Source: Elusimicrobiaceae bacterium
Lineage (GTDB): Bacteria > Elusimicrobiota > Elusimicrobia > Elusimicrobiales > Elusimicrobiaceae
Assembly (NCBI GenBank): GCA_045586725.1
Contig: JAZNAY010000001.1
Location: forward strand, 74,161 to 138,160
Direction: 5' to 3'
DNA length: 64,000 bases
The notes below the pieces were generated by a model that ran no database searches, was not told the origin of the DNA, and saw only the letters and a list, made by a program, of their open reading frames with translations. The translations under genes were made by a program, and so were the position numbers. This document shows, in pieces, positions 1-7,828 of the stretch; the first letter of the stretch is position 1, and each line of letters starts with the position of its first letter.

Positions 1-5
1 TGGGT

Positions 6-596
6 TTGCTTTTATCTAGGTGGACAAGCACTTTAACAAAAGCCCTTTTAAACAGAATCAAACTTGATCAGTATACAGAGAAAATCGGCGTAAATGAAAT
101 ACTTTCCCGCATCGGTTTCGGTAAATCACCCACATATGTTTTGGCTTTCATTTTATCTTGGGCGGTAATGATTATCTTTATTATGCTTGCGGCAGATTCA
201 TTACATCTTGCCGTTATCAGCGTAATACTTGAAAAATTCTTAATGTTCATTCCGAAACTTGTTGCTTGTATCATCATTTTGTTCGCAGGTGCATTGTTTG
301 GCAAATTTGTGGAACGCCTAGTTTTAAATTCTGCCCGTGCAAATAAAATTCGCGGTGGCGTGTTTATTGCTAAAATCGTAAACATAGTAGTTTTGGTTTT
401 TACCGTCTTGCTTGCTTTACAACAAATTGATATTAACTTCGTCTTAATTAATCACGTAATCGTTATTGTACTTGCTTCACTCGGCCTTGGTTTTGGCTTG
501 GCTTTGGGGCTTGGTGCAAAAGGTGTAGTTGAAGATTATTTGAGAGAACTTGTTAAAGAAAACGACGAAGAAACAAAAGAAGAAGAAACAAAATAA
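6..596 (+). CDS. membrane protein with conserved TM-helix repeats (CmpX / MscS N-terminal-like); possibly 5'-truncated by the window edge
   Basis: 196-aa ORF with repeated hydrophobic helices (FIPKLVACIIILFAGALFGKFVERLV, IVNIVVLVFTVLLALQQI, LASLGLGFGLALGLGAKG) and an acidic K/E tail. The frame is open to the first base of the window. A hairpin terminator follows. Confidence 0.5.
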   Translation: MLLSRWTSTLTKALLNRIKLDQYTEKIGVNEILSRIGFGKSPTYVLAFILSWAVMIIFIMLAADSLHLAVISVILEKFLMFIPKLVACIIILFAGALFGKFVERLVLNSARANKIRGGVFIAKIVNIVVLVFTVLLALQQIDINFVLINHVIVIVLASLGLGFGLALGLGAKGVVEDYLRELVKENDEETKEEETK

Positions 597-616
597 ATAT
601 TTGTTTATTAAAGAAT

Positions 617-650
617 AACCCCCGTGTTTAAATTTAACACGGGGGTTTTA
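617..650. terminator. bidirectional rho-independent terminator between convergent genes
   Basis: Stem AACCCCCGTGTT / AACACGGGGGTT flanked by A/T runs. Confidence 0.7.
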
Positions 651-664
651 AAATTGATTGTATT

Positions 665-1219
665 TTAATTTACCAAATAGGAATTCGTACCGTTGTGCTC
701 ATCAACTAATGTTCCAATTGAGGCACATATTTTATTACTTTTGGGTCCTATTGCATCGCAGGTCATTTTGTTTCTGGCAGTTTCAACGGCATGGATAGGA
801 GATATTCCTATGTCAAATGAATCTTCGTCGAACTCAAAGTAATGCACACAACTGACGATAGCAACATATTTGCCTTGTGTATCTTGTGTAATTGCATAGC
901 ACTCATCCCAATAATCATTACTACAAACTAAACTATTTCCGCAAGGCTCATTACTATGAACATCTTTCCGCCAATCGGCGGGCCAATTAACGCCTAAATC
1001 TGCAGCGTTGGGGCATTCGTCGTCAGGGCAGAACTCATCATGTTCCAGTTCATATACGTGTAAGGCATCTTGCCAAGCACGTATTAAAGGTAAAACACTT
1101 GCTACTCTAGATTTTGCTACCGCAATTTGATATTGAGGCAAGGCAATACTTGCAAGTATACCTATAATTAAAACTACAACTAATAACTCAAGTAAAGTGA
1201 AACCTTTTTTATTTTTCAT
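665..1219 (-). CDS. prepilin-type N-terminal cleavage/methylation domain protein (type IV pilin / pseudopilin-like), Cys-rich C-terminal domain
   Basis: Starts MKNKKGFTLLELLVVVLIIGILASIALPQY, the class III signal with G|FTLLE and a hydrophobic helix. I moved the start to the ATG at 1219 because the ORF-track start at 1270 lies inside the promoter -35 box. Paralog of 24882..25409 (shared LGVxWPxDW and CSNDYW). Confidence 0.85.
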   Translation of the reverse strand: MKNKKGFTLLELLVVVLIIGILASIALPQYQIAVAKSRVASVLPLIRAWQDALHVYELEHDEFCPDDECPNAADLGVNWPADWRKDVHSNEPCGNSLVCSNDYWDECYAITQDTQGKYVAIVSCVHYFEFDEDSFDIGISPIHAVETARNKMTCDAIGPKSNKICASIGTLVDEHNGTNSYLVN

Positions 1220-1241
1220 AACATTCCTTTTATATACTAAA

Positions 1242-1270
1242 ATTATAGAGGAAAAAAAGAAACAAGTCAA
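1242..1270 (-). promoter_or_regulatory. sigma70-type promoter of the pilin-like gene 665..1219
   Basis: On the minus strand: TTGACT, a 17-nt spacer, then TATAAT, about 20 nt upstream of the ATG at 1219. Confidence 0.55.
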
Positions 1271-1295
1271 ATATATAAAAATAACTAAATAACGA

Positions 1296-2111
1296 CTAAA
1301 TAAGTAAACTGATATCTGCCGATTTTACCGAGTGTGTTAAGCACCCCATTGAAATAACATCAACACCTGTTTTGGCATATTGTTCCAAATTTTCTGGGTT
1401 AATTCCGCCGGAGGCTTCTAAAACTGCACGGCCTTCAACAAAAGCCACAATTTTTTCAATTTCTTTAGGTGTCATGTTATCAAGCATAATAATATCTGCT
1501 TTTACTTTAAGGGCTTCTTTAACTTCTGCCAAATTTTTTGTTTCCACTTCAATTTTATTTGTGTGGCCTATATTTTGCCTTATTTTTTGCACGGCTTTTG
1601 TTATTGAGCCGGCTGCGGTAATATGATTATCTTTGATTAAAACCGCGTCTGAAAGGCTCATGCGATGGTTTTTCGCACCACCTGTTTTTACAGCATATTT
1701 GTCAAATTTTCTTAAGGCAGGTTGTGTTTTACGCGTATCAACAAGCATAACGCCGTATTTCTTACAAACTTCGTTTAATTCCGCCGCTTGTGTTGCAATA
1801 CCTGACATTCTTTGCATAAAATTAAGTACGGTTCTCTCCGCTTTCAAAATACTTAAAGTAGAACCGGAAACAGTTGCAATAACTGCGCCTTTTTTAACTT
1901 TATCTCCGTCGTTAAATTTAGTTTTAAAAACTAAAGTCTGGTCCACATATTTAAAAATTTCTTTAGCCAAATCTATTCCGCATAAAATTAAATTTTGTTT
2001 TGCAACTAAGCGTGCGGTGGTTTTATCTTTATTTGTAAAAATATTTTCGGAAGTTATATCACCTAATGCAGTGTCTTCTTCTAAAGCAAGGGCTACGATT
2101 TTATCTATCAT
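1296..2111 (-). CDS. nadC: nicotinate-nucleotide diphosphorylase (carboxylating) / quinolinate phosphoribosyltransferase
   Basis: 271 aa with the typical NadC layout (ALxEDxxxGDITS N-terminus, KDNH, C-terminal GxLTHS). Overlaps nadA by 11 nt. Confidence 0.9.
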   Translation of the reverse strand: MIDKIVALALEEDTALGDITSENIFTNKDKTTARLVAKQNLILCGIDLAKEIFKYVDQTLVFKTKFNDGDKVKKGAVIATVSGSTLSILKAERTVLNFMQRMSGIATQAAELNEVCKKYGVMLVDTRKTQPALRKFDKYAVKTGGAKNHRMSLSDAVLIKDNHITAAGSITKAVQKIRQNIGHTNKIEVETKNLAEVKEALKVKADIIMLDNMTPKEIEKIVAFVEGRAVLEASGGINPENLEQYAKTGVDVISMGCLTHSVKSADISLLI

Positions 2112-3144
2112 TTTCTGTCTCCTTAAACATATTATCTATTGCCTGTTTGGCTTTTTGTGCTAAATTTGCGTCTAAAGTTATACCTTGTAAATCTTTTAAA
2201 TTATTGAGTACGCTTTCGATATTGTCTAAATTATTTCTTTTCATGCTTGCGCAAATCCTGCCACACGGTAAAAATGTTTTTTCCGGGTTTTGTGCTTCAA
2301 GCATATTTATAAGGCCCCACTCACTAAAAACAGCAAAAGTTTTTGCGTTACTTTCTTTAACAAATTTGAGCATACCTGCGGTGCTGCCTACAAAATCTGA
2401 ATTTGCACAAACCTCCGGCAAGCACTCCGGGTGTGAAATTATTTTTGCTTCCGGATATTTAGTTTTTACTTCGTTAAGTTGCTCAAAAGTAAATTTATCG
2501 TGCACGCAACAAGTTGCACCTGCTGCAATAATTTCTTTTTTGATACCTTTGTTTTTTAAATAAGCCTCTATATTTTTTGCCATATATAAATCAGGTACAA
2601 AAATTATTTGGTCTTGTTTAGTGTTTTCAACAATTTTAAAAACGTTACCTGACGTTACACAAGTGTCACAAACTGATTTAACTTCGGCAGATGAATTTAT
2701 ATAACAAAGTACCTTTGCATTTGGATATTTTTTGCGTAAAGCCAAAACTTCATCAGCCTTTATTCCATTTGCCAGCGAGCAACCTGCCGTCATGGGGGGG
2801 AGAATTACTTTTTTATTTGGATTTAAAATTTTAGCCGTTTCCGCCATAAAAGTAACGCCGCAAAAAATAATATTTTGTTGGGTTGCTTCTTTTGCTTTTT
2901 TTGCCAAGGCATAAGAATCCCCGCAAAAATCTGCAACGCCGAATAAAATTTTAGGTGAGCAATAATAATGCGCTAAAATTAGGGCATCATTTTCTTTTTT
3001 AAGTTTGTTTATTTTTACAACTTGATTGGCAATATTATTTATTTCTTCTAAAGAAAACCAAGCACCTGTTTTGATATTTGTAACCTTGCTTAAATTATCA
3101 AACAGGTACTTGGTTTTATCTTCTGAAAAAATATTTTGTAGCAT
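2101..3144 (-). CDS. nadA: quinolinate synthase
   Basis: 347 aa with a NadA-like ILAHYY motif and conserved Cys ligand contexts (TAGCSLA, ATCCVH, PCGRIC). In an operon with nadC. Confidence 0.9.
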   Translation of the reverse strand: MLQNIFSEDKTKYLFDNLSKVTNIKTGAWFSLEEINNIANQVVKINKLKKENDALILAHYYCSPKILFGVADFCGDSYALAKKAKEATQQNIIFCGVTFMAETAKILNPNKKVILPPMTAGCSLANGIKADEVLALRKKYPNAKVLCYINSSAEVKSVCDTCVTSGNVFKIVENTKQDQIIFVPDLYMAKNIEAYLKNKGIKKEIIAAGATCCVHDKFTFEQLNEVKTKYPEAKIISHPECLPEVCANSDFVGSTAGMLKFVKESNAKTFAVFSEWGLINMLEAQNPEKTFLPCGRICASMKRNNLDNIESVLNNLKDLQGITLDANLAQKAKQAIDNMFKETENDR

Positions 3145-3420
3145 TTAATTTATTTGCACGGCAACCGGTTTCTTCTGCGGTTTTTGCGGTTTTTGAGGTT
3201 TTGCAAGTTTAACCGTGGTTTTGTCTTTAGTTTTGTTTATTTCTTTTATTTGATTTTCGTAGGGGATTTCTTCCTCATAGTCCATTTGCGGGGCGACGAG
3301 TAAATCAAATTCCTCTTCCAAAACGCCATTTTCTTTATAATAGTAATAGCCTTCATCTTTTCTTGAGTTACAAGCACATAACAGAACGCACAATGTTAAA
3401 ACCATAAAAAAGTATTTCAT
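3145..3420 (-). CDS. small lipoprotein with a (PQK)n tail
   Basis: Internal start MKYFFMVLTLCVLLCACNS has a lipobox LLCAC and is preceded by AGGAGGTG. The C-terminus is KPQKPQKPQKKP. Function unknown. Confidence 0.55.
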   Translation of the reverse strand: MKYFFMVLTLCVLLCACNSRKDEGYYYYKENGVLEEEFDLLVAPQMDYEEEIPYENQIKEINKTKDKTTVKLAKPQKPQKPQKKPVAVQIN

Positions 3421-3495
3421 AAAAACACCTCCTATTAAATTGTAACAAATTTTAAATGAATGTACATAATGTTTTAAAAAAAGTATAATCAAATT

Positions 3496-4914
3496 ATGAG
3501 GAAATTATTGATATTTACTTTTTGTTTACTGTTTACTGCCTGCGCAGGAAACAGAACTCTTGACGGAGAAACAACCAAAAATTGGGTTAAAATTGTTTCT
3601 TCTAAGATTGATAGATCTGGCAATATTCAAGATGTCTGTTATGTCTTTGACCTATCTTTTTACCCCGGAACAGTGTATGAAAGGTTAAAAAATAACCCTA
3701 ATACCTGCCTTGAGGAATGTTGTTGGTATTCGGAAAATAAAAGCGTAGATTTTTATTTTAACGATGGTTTTATTAGAGATTTGGAAGAACAAGGTGTCTC
3801 CCGCCGTTATTACCCGGATAATATGAAGATTAACTTAACTTATTCATCTTTTTTGAATCGTTTATCTGCAAAAGCAACTTCTGGTGAAGGTATTTCCAAA
3901 GATGGTGTCGTAAGGCTTGAATATGAAGATATCTATAACCCCGATCTAACAAATGAAGCAGGTACTAAGGCAGTAACTGAAGTTAATACGAGCAATTCCT
4001 CATCTTATAAAACATCAAGCATGAGTGGGCTTAACCGGAAGGAACTTTTAACTAAAGCAGAAAATGAGCAAAGGGAGTATTATACCAAAGCCGTAGCAGA
4101 ACGCTATGACAGCCCGGAAAAAGAATATGTGGAAGATGCATTGTCGTTTAAAGGGCAAGTTTCACCTTTCGTTAAAACAGATAAGGAAGCAAAATGGCTG
4201 TCCAAAAAACCCGTAACGGAAGAAGAAAGAATCAAGCAGCAAGAAATTATTGAGTATAGGAATAAAATAAAAGAAGAACGTGAACAGGCTAAACAGCAAG
4301 CCAAAGAAGAACGGGAAAAAGCCAAACAACAAGCCAAGGAAGAGAAAGAAAAACTTAAGCAGGAAAAAGAAAAACTTAAGCAAGAGAAAGAGCAACTTAA
4401 ACAGGAACAAGAAAAACTTAAACAATCAGCAGGACAACTTAATCAGCAAAAAGTTAATGTTGCGGCCAATGGAAAGGACAAAATGTATGATGTACAACGT
4501 ACTTTGGCACAAGAGGCAAAAATTGTTTATGTAGAACCTGTGATGCCTGAAGAAGTTGATTCTAAAACTTTGGCCAAAAAACTTGATTATGAAAGAAATG
4601 AGGCTGTTAAATTGCTCAAACGTTTTTACGGCGATGATATCGATACTTATCTCCGTGCGTTAGATAATGCTAAAAAGAAAAAGGGGCAGGTTTTGTTTAC
4701 CGATGATAAAGTTTGGCAAGCACAGAAAATAGCTACAACGGTTTATAAAGTTAACTGCAATGTTAAAGGTAAAATTGCTTTGCTCGGAACAAAACCCGAA
4801 ACAGCAACAACAGATTACCCTATTGCTTGCGGAACTTATATCGTTAATTTAGATGAAAAAACCGTCGCGGCAAAGGATAATATCGCTAAAGACATAGCCC
4901 AAAAAAGATATTGA
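3496..4914 (+). CDS. lipoprotein with a central K/E/Q-rich coiled-coil repeat region
   Basis: Signal plus lipobox MRKLLIFTFCLLFTACAG. Central repeats REQAKQQAKEE / REKAKQQAKEE and EKLKQEK x4. No recognisable catalytic motif. Confidence 0.6.
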   Translation: MRKLLIFTFCLLFTACAGNRTLDGETTKNWVKIVSSKIDRSGNIQDVCYVFDLSFYPGTVYERLKNNPNTCLEECCWYSENKSVDFYFNDGFIRDLEEQGVSRRYYPDNMKINLTYSSFLNRLSAKATSGEGISKDGVVRLEYEDIYNPDLTNEAGTKAVTEVNTSNSSSYKTSSMSGLNRKELLTKAENEQREYYTKAVAERYDSPEKEYVEDALSFKGQVSPFVKTDKEAKWLSKKPVTEEERIKQQEIIEYRNKIKEEREQAKQQAKEEREKAKQQAKEEKEKLKQEKEKLKQEKEQLKQEQEKLKQSAGQLNQQKVNVAANGKDKMYDVQRTLAQEAKIVYVEPVMPEEVDSKTLAKKLDYERNEAVKLLKRFYGDDIDTYLRALDNAKKKKGQVLFTDDKVWQAQKIATTVYKVNCNVKGKIALLGTKPETATTDYPIACGTYIVNLDEKTVAAKDNIAKDIAQKRY

Positions 4915-4941
4915 TTCTAATATTTGTAACCATCAATAAAT

Positions 4942-4972
4942 AAACCCCGCTTAACGGCGGGGTTTATTTTAA
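4942..4972. terminator. bidirectional hairpin terminator
   Basis: AAACCCCGC ... GCGGGGTTTATTTT between convergent genes. Confidence 0.65.
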
Positions 4973-4987
4973 ATAGTAACGAAGTTT

Positions 4988-5512
4988 TTAATCTCCTTCT
5001 TCCTCATGCGGTGGGCCACAACTTTGTGTGCTTTCGCAATACCACCAACCTTGATTTCTTAACATGTCACAAATATACTCTCCGACTTGTGTATTATAGG
5101 TGTAACAATAATATAGAGACTGTGTTTTTCCATTTCCGTTTACATTATATAACTCGGTTAAACCGTAAGAGCCATTAGTTCTAATTGCTTCAACTGATGT
5201 GAAATTGTTATTGCTTATTCCATCTCCAAAAATTATATATTCGAAATTGTCAGTGGTATATTGATCGGGTAATTGATTAGGTAATTCTATATCAAGCATA
5301 TCAAAAGTAATATCCATATCTTCTGTATCATCGTTTTCATACATTAGTCTATACAAAGAATTTTCAATACTTTTAAGGGTTGTAAGTGCTTCGGATAATT
5401 TCGCTTTTTCAACCGCTCTTGTATATTGGGGTAAAGCAATACTTGCTAAAATACCGATAATTAAAACGACAACCAATAATTCTAGTAATGTGAAACCTTT
5501 TTTATTTTTCAT
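4988..5512 (-). CDS. prepilin-type N-terminal cleavage/methylation domain protein (pilin-like)
   Basis: Starts MKNKKGFTLLELLVVVLIIGILASIALPQY at the ATG at 5512. Upstream on the minus strand is TTGACT followed by a TATAGT/TAGTAT -10. Cys-rich acidic C-terminus. Confidence 0.85.
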   Translation of the reverse strand: MKNKKGFTLLELLVVVLIIGILASIALPQYTRAVEKAKLSEALTTLKSIENSLYRLMYENDDTEDMDITFDMLDIELPNQLPDQYTTDNFEYIIFGDGISNNNFTSVEAIRTNGSYGLTELYNVNGNGKTQSLYYCYTYNTQVGEYICDMLRNQGWWYCESTQSCGPPHEEEGD

Positions 5513-5632
5513 AATGTTCCTTGTTATCAAAGTGTACTCCTATATACTATAAAAAAAACAGTATTAAGTCAATTTAATATAGGGGGGGAATTTCGAATCC
5601 CTATGAATTCTCCCTACTGTCATTTTTTTATT

Positions 5633-5812
5633 CGGAGAGAGGGATTCGGCCACAAGTCGCCTTACTGACGTGCGGCGCTCGCGGCCCCGCCTCGCCATCC
5701 TCGCCTTTCACGCTCACCTAAACGGCTCGCGTTCAAACTCGGATATGGCTCCGGGCTTCGAATCCTGACGCAATGCCAAGCAGTTGGCATCGCTCTACTC
5801 TCCGAAAAAAAT
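5633..5812 (-). other. GC-rich (about 60% by hand count) non-coding block framed by tRNA-Ser-like acceptor ends; class unknown
   Basis: The minus strand begins GGAGAGTAGAGCG and ends CGAATCCCTCTCTCCG, compared with tRNA-Ser GGAGAGATGGCCG ... CGAATCCCTCTCTCTCCG. It contains a perfect hairpin ATGCCAA-CTGC-TTGGCAT. No ORF of 60 aa or more. Confidence 0.4.
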
Positions 5813-5842
5813 TACCCTCCATAAAAGGAGGGTAAATTTTTT
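5805..5842. terminator. hairpin terminator directly 3' of tRNA-Ser
   Basis: A-run, ACCCTCC ATAAAA GGAGGGT, then a T-run. Functional-looking in both directions. Confidence 0.7.
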
Positions 5843-5933
5843 CGGAGAGAGAGGGATTCGAACCCTCGATACAAGGAATACCTCGTATGACGGTTTAGCA
5901 AACCGTTGCCTTCAACCACTCGGCCATCTCTCC
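5843..5933 (-). tRNA. tRNA-Ser (anticodon GCT)
   Basis: Hand-folded cloverleaf: acceptor GGAGAGA/TCTCTCC, anticodon arm ACGGT-TTGCTAA-ACCGT, long variable arm ATACGAGG/CCTTGTAT, T arm GAGGG-TTCGAAT-CCCTC, discriminator G. CCA is not encoded. Confidence 0.9.
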
Positions 5934-6083
5934 AACAAATTGTAATCTTAAATAACTTTAAGACAATATATTATAACAAATATTGAGATAAAAATAAAAT
6001 TTCAAGTTATATAAAATTCATTTACTTGCATTTCCATATATGATATAATTCAAATGTAGTTACACGTATTATGGGGAGGAAGT

Positions 6084-7715
6084 ATGTTTAAAAAATGGAG
6101 TATATGTTTTGCACTTTTGTTATGTGTGTCAGCATTGTGTGCTAAAGATATTGTAATTTATCATACGTCTGATATACACGGGCAATATTTTGGGAAAGTG
6201 GACGATAACGGCAAATCGTACGGCGGTTTCGCACGCTTGGCCAATGTCCTTAAAAAGACTAAAAAGCCCTTTTTATTGTTAGATAGCGGTGACTTTAGTA
6301 GTGGTTCTTACGAAGCCAATATTTCCGATGGTAAATATTCAGTTGATTTAATGAACCGTATGGGTTATACCGCATTAACAATAGGTAACCATGATACTGA
6401 TTTTGGGGATGTCGGTCTTGGTAATATGCTTTCAGGTTTTAACGGTGACGTTTTAGCAATGAACGTCTCCCAATTCCAAATTCCGGAGAAAGGCCTTAAA
6501 GGGCATGCCGTATATAATGTCGGCGGTATAAAAGTAGGTGTTATAGGTGTTGCAATGGATGGTGCAGGCACAGAACGTATGCACGTTGTAAATGCCCCTA
6601 CAACCGAAGAATTTGAACGCCATATCACCGAACTTAAACAAGAAGGGGCAGACGTAATTGTTGTACTTGCACATGACTCTTTAATTTCAGATACCACAAT
6701 TTCAGTTGATAAACGCACTAACATTTTAGGGCCTCTTTCGGAAGCACCTTCCTTTGCTGATGTCGATTTGGTTTTGGGCGGTCATGCACATACACGCTCA
6801 CTTAACAAAAAAATTATTGACGGGGAAGATAAAGGCCCTTGGTTGGTGGAAGATTCTTCTTACCTTAACAGCATATCTTCAACCGTTATCAGCAAGAGCA
6901 AAAAAGGTGTTACAGTTCATGAACCTACCTTTATTACATTAGACGGTGATGAAGATAAAGACACCAAAGAGTATTTGGAAACTATTCGCGCTACACAATT
7001 AGATAATAAATTGTATGCTAAAGTTCCTAAATTGATTTCCAAATATCCTGCACTTGATCAAGAGGACCGCACTTCCGGCGTATCACGTATTTTTGCAGAC
7101 CAAATGTATGATCAAATTAAACCGCAAGAAGATAAATTAGATTTAGCGGCATATTCACTTAACTCCACAAGAAGTGATTATGAAGTGGGTGATATGACAG
7201 GCCGTTATTTTGCGGAAAAAACACCGTATAAAGAACACGCAGGTACATTTAATATCACAGGTGCCCATCTTTTGAAAGCAATGAATACTTCCGTAGGTTT
7301 CCGTGACGGCAGATGCTATTCAAGTTATGGGTATTCCAAAAATGTTCACATAACCATTTTGTGCGATAAACAGAAAAAGAAAGCCACAGTTTACAGCGTC
7401 ACAATTGACGGTAAAGATGTTAAACTTAAAAAGACTTACCGTATGGCTATGCTAACCCATTTGCCTCAAGGGTATTATGAAGGTAAACCTTTTAAAGTTG
7501 TTGATCCCAGCAACCCAGACAAGAATAAAATCATCAAGCATTATTATACGGTAACTAATGCCGATATGCTTTTTGGTGCTATTGAGCAGATGAAAAAGGA
7601 ACAAGGAAAAGAAATTCCTGTCTTTGAAGCCCCGACAGATGTTCAAGTCGAGGAAATTTACGAAATGCCTAATGCCGCAAAAAAGCCTTACATGTCATTA
7701 TTGTTTGTAGACTAA
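6084..7715 (+). CDS. secreted bifunctional metallophosphoesterase / 5'-nucleotidase (UshA-like)
   Basis: Signal peptide followed by the calcineurin-like motifs HTSDIHG, DSGDF, GNHD and GGHAH. The C-terminal half has the length and layout of a 5'-nucleotidase substrate-binding domain. Confidence 0.8.
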   Translation: MFKKWSICFALLLCVSALCAKDIVIYHTSDIHGQYFGKVDDNGKSYGGFARLANVLKKTKKPFLLLDSGDFSSGSYEANISDGKYSVDLMNRMGYTALTIGNHDTDFGDVGLGNMLSGFNGDVLAMNVSQFQIPEKGLKGHAVYNVGGIKVGVIGVAMDGAGTERMHVVNAPTTEEFERHITELKQEGADVIVVLAHDSLISDTTISVDKRTNILGPLSEAPSFADVDLVLGGHAHTRSLNKKIIDGEDKGPWLVEDSSYLNSISSTVISKSKKGVTVHEPTFITLDGDEDKDTKEYLETIRATQLDNKLYAKVPKLISKYPALDQEDRTSGVSRIFADQMYDQIKPQEDKLDLAAYSLNSTRSDYEVGDMTGRYFAEKTPYKEHAGTFNITGAHLLKAMNTSVGFRDGRCYSSYGYSKNVHITILCDKQKKKATVYSVTIDGKDVKLKKTYRMAMLTHLPQGYYEGKPFKVVDPSNPDKNKIIKHYYTVTNADMLFGAIEQMKKEQGKEIPVFEAPTDVQVEEIYEMPNAAKKPYMSLLFVD

Positions 7716-7737
7716 AGCATAGTTGTTTATTAGTTTT

Positions 7738-7766
7738 AAACCCGCCTTTTTAAGGCGGGTTTTTTG
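7738..7766 (+). terminator. rho-independent terminator
   Basis: AAACCCGCC TTTTTAA GGCGGGTTTTTTG. Confidence 0.75.
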
Positions 7767-7774
7767 TTATATGA

Positions 7775-7811
7775 AAAACCCCCGCGCTAAAAAACGCGGG
7801 GGGAAATTTTT
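7775..7811 (-). terminator. rho-independent terminator of ppdK
   Basis: Minus strand CCCCCCGCG TTTTTTAG CGCGGGGG TTTTT. Confidence 0.75.
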
Positions 7812-7828
7812 GCCAATATCAACTAAAT

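Noticed and set aside
1220-1270. Longer ORF-track starts for the pilin-like genes (for example MTCFFFSSIILVYKRNV... at 1270, MITRNI at 5530, MSKGEN at 24864, MDMVIEEVIF at 37310, MCMRTVI at 41027)
   Set aside because: The extensions overlap the mapped -35/-10 boxes or lack an RBS. All six genes align on an M(K/C/Y)(N/K)K(K/N)GF start typical of prepilin leader peptides.
4104-4534. ORF-track entries on both strands across the K/E-repeat region (for example FKFFLFLFKLLFLLLKFFFF, and the K/N/R-rich 4280-4534)
   Set aside because: These are low-complexity artefacts of the AAG/GAA-rich repeats in the lipoprotein gene 3496-4914. They are alternative frames or antisense to a better-supported CDS.
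5670-5798. A 42-codon open frame (MPTAWHCVRIRSPEPYPSLNASRLGERERRGWRGGAASAARQ) on the minus strand of the GC-rich block
   Set aside because: It has no RBS and an Arg/Gly/Ala-rich composition of the kind expected from any GC-rich DNA. It starts inside a perfect hairpin. I treat it as a chance ORF.
5633-5812. Possibility that the GC-rich tRNA-framed block is tmRNA (ssrA), tRNA-Sec or SRP/6S RNA
   Set aside because: The acceptor is GGAGAG with no G3-U70 Ala identity pair, and there is no intact T-arm, so tmRNA is unlikely. At ~170 nt, with no UCA anticodon arm, it is not tRNA-Sec. No GGAAGCAGC-type SRP helix-8 motif is present. The 5'/3' ends pair for only about 6 bp, unlike 6S RNA. It is kept as an unclassified finding instead.
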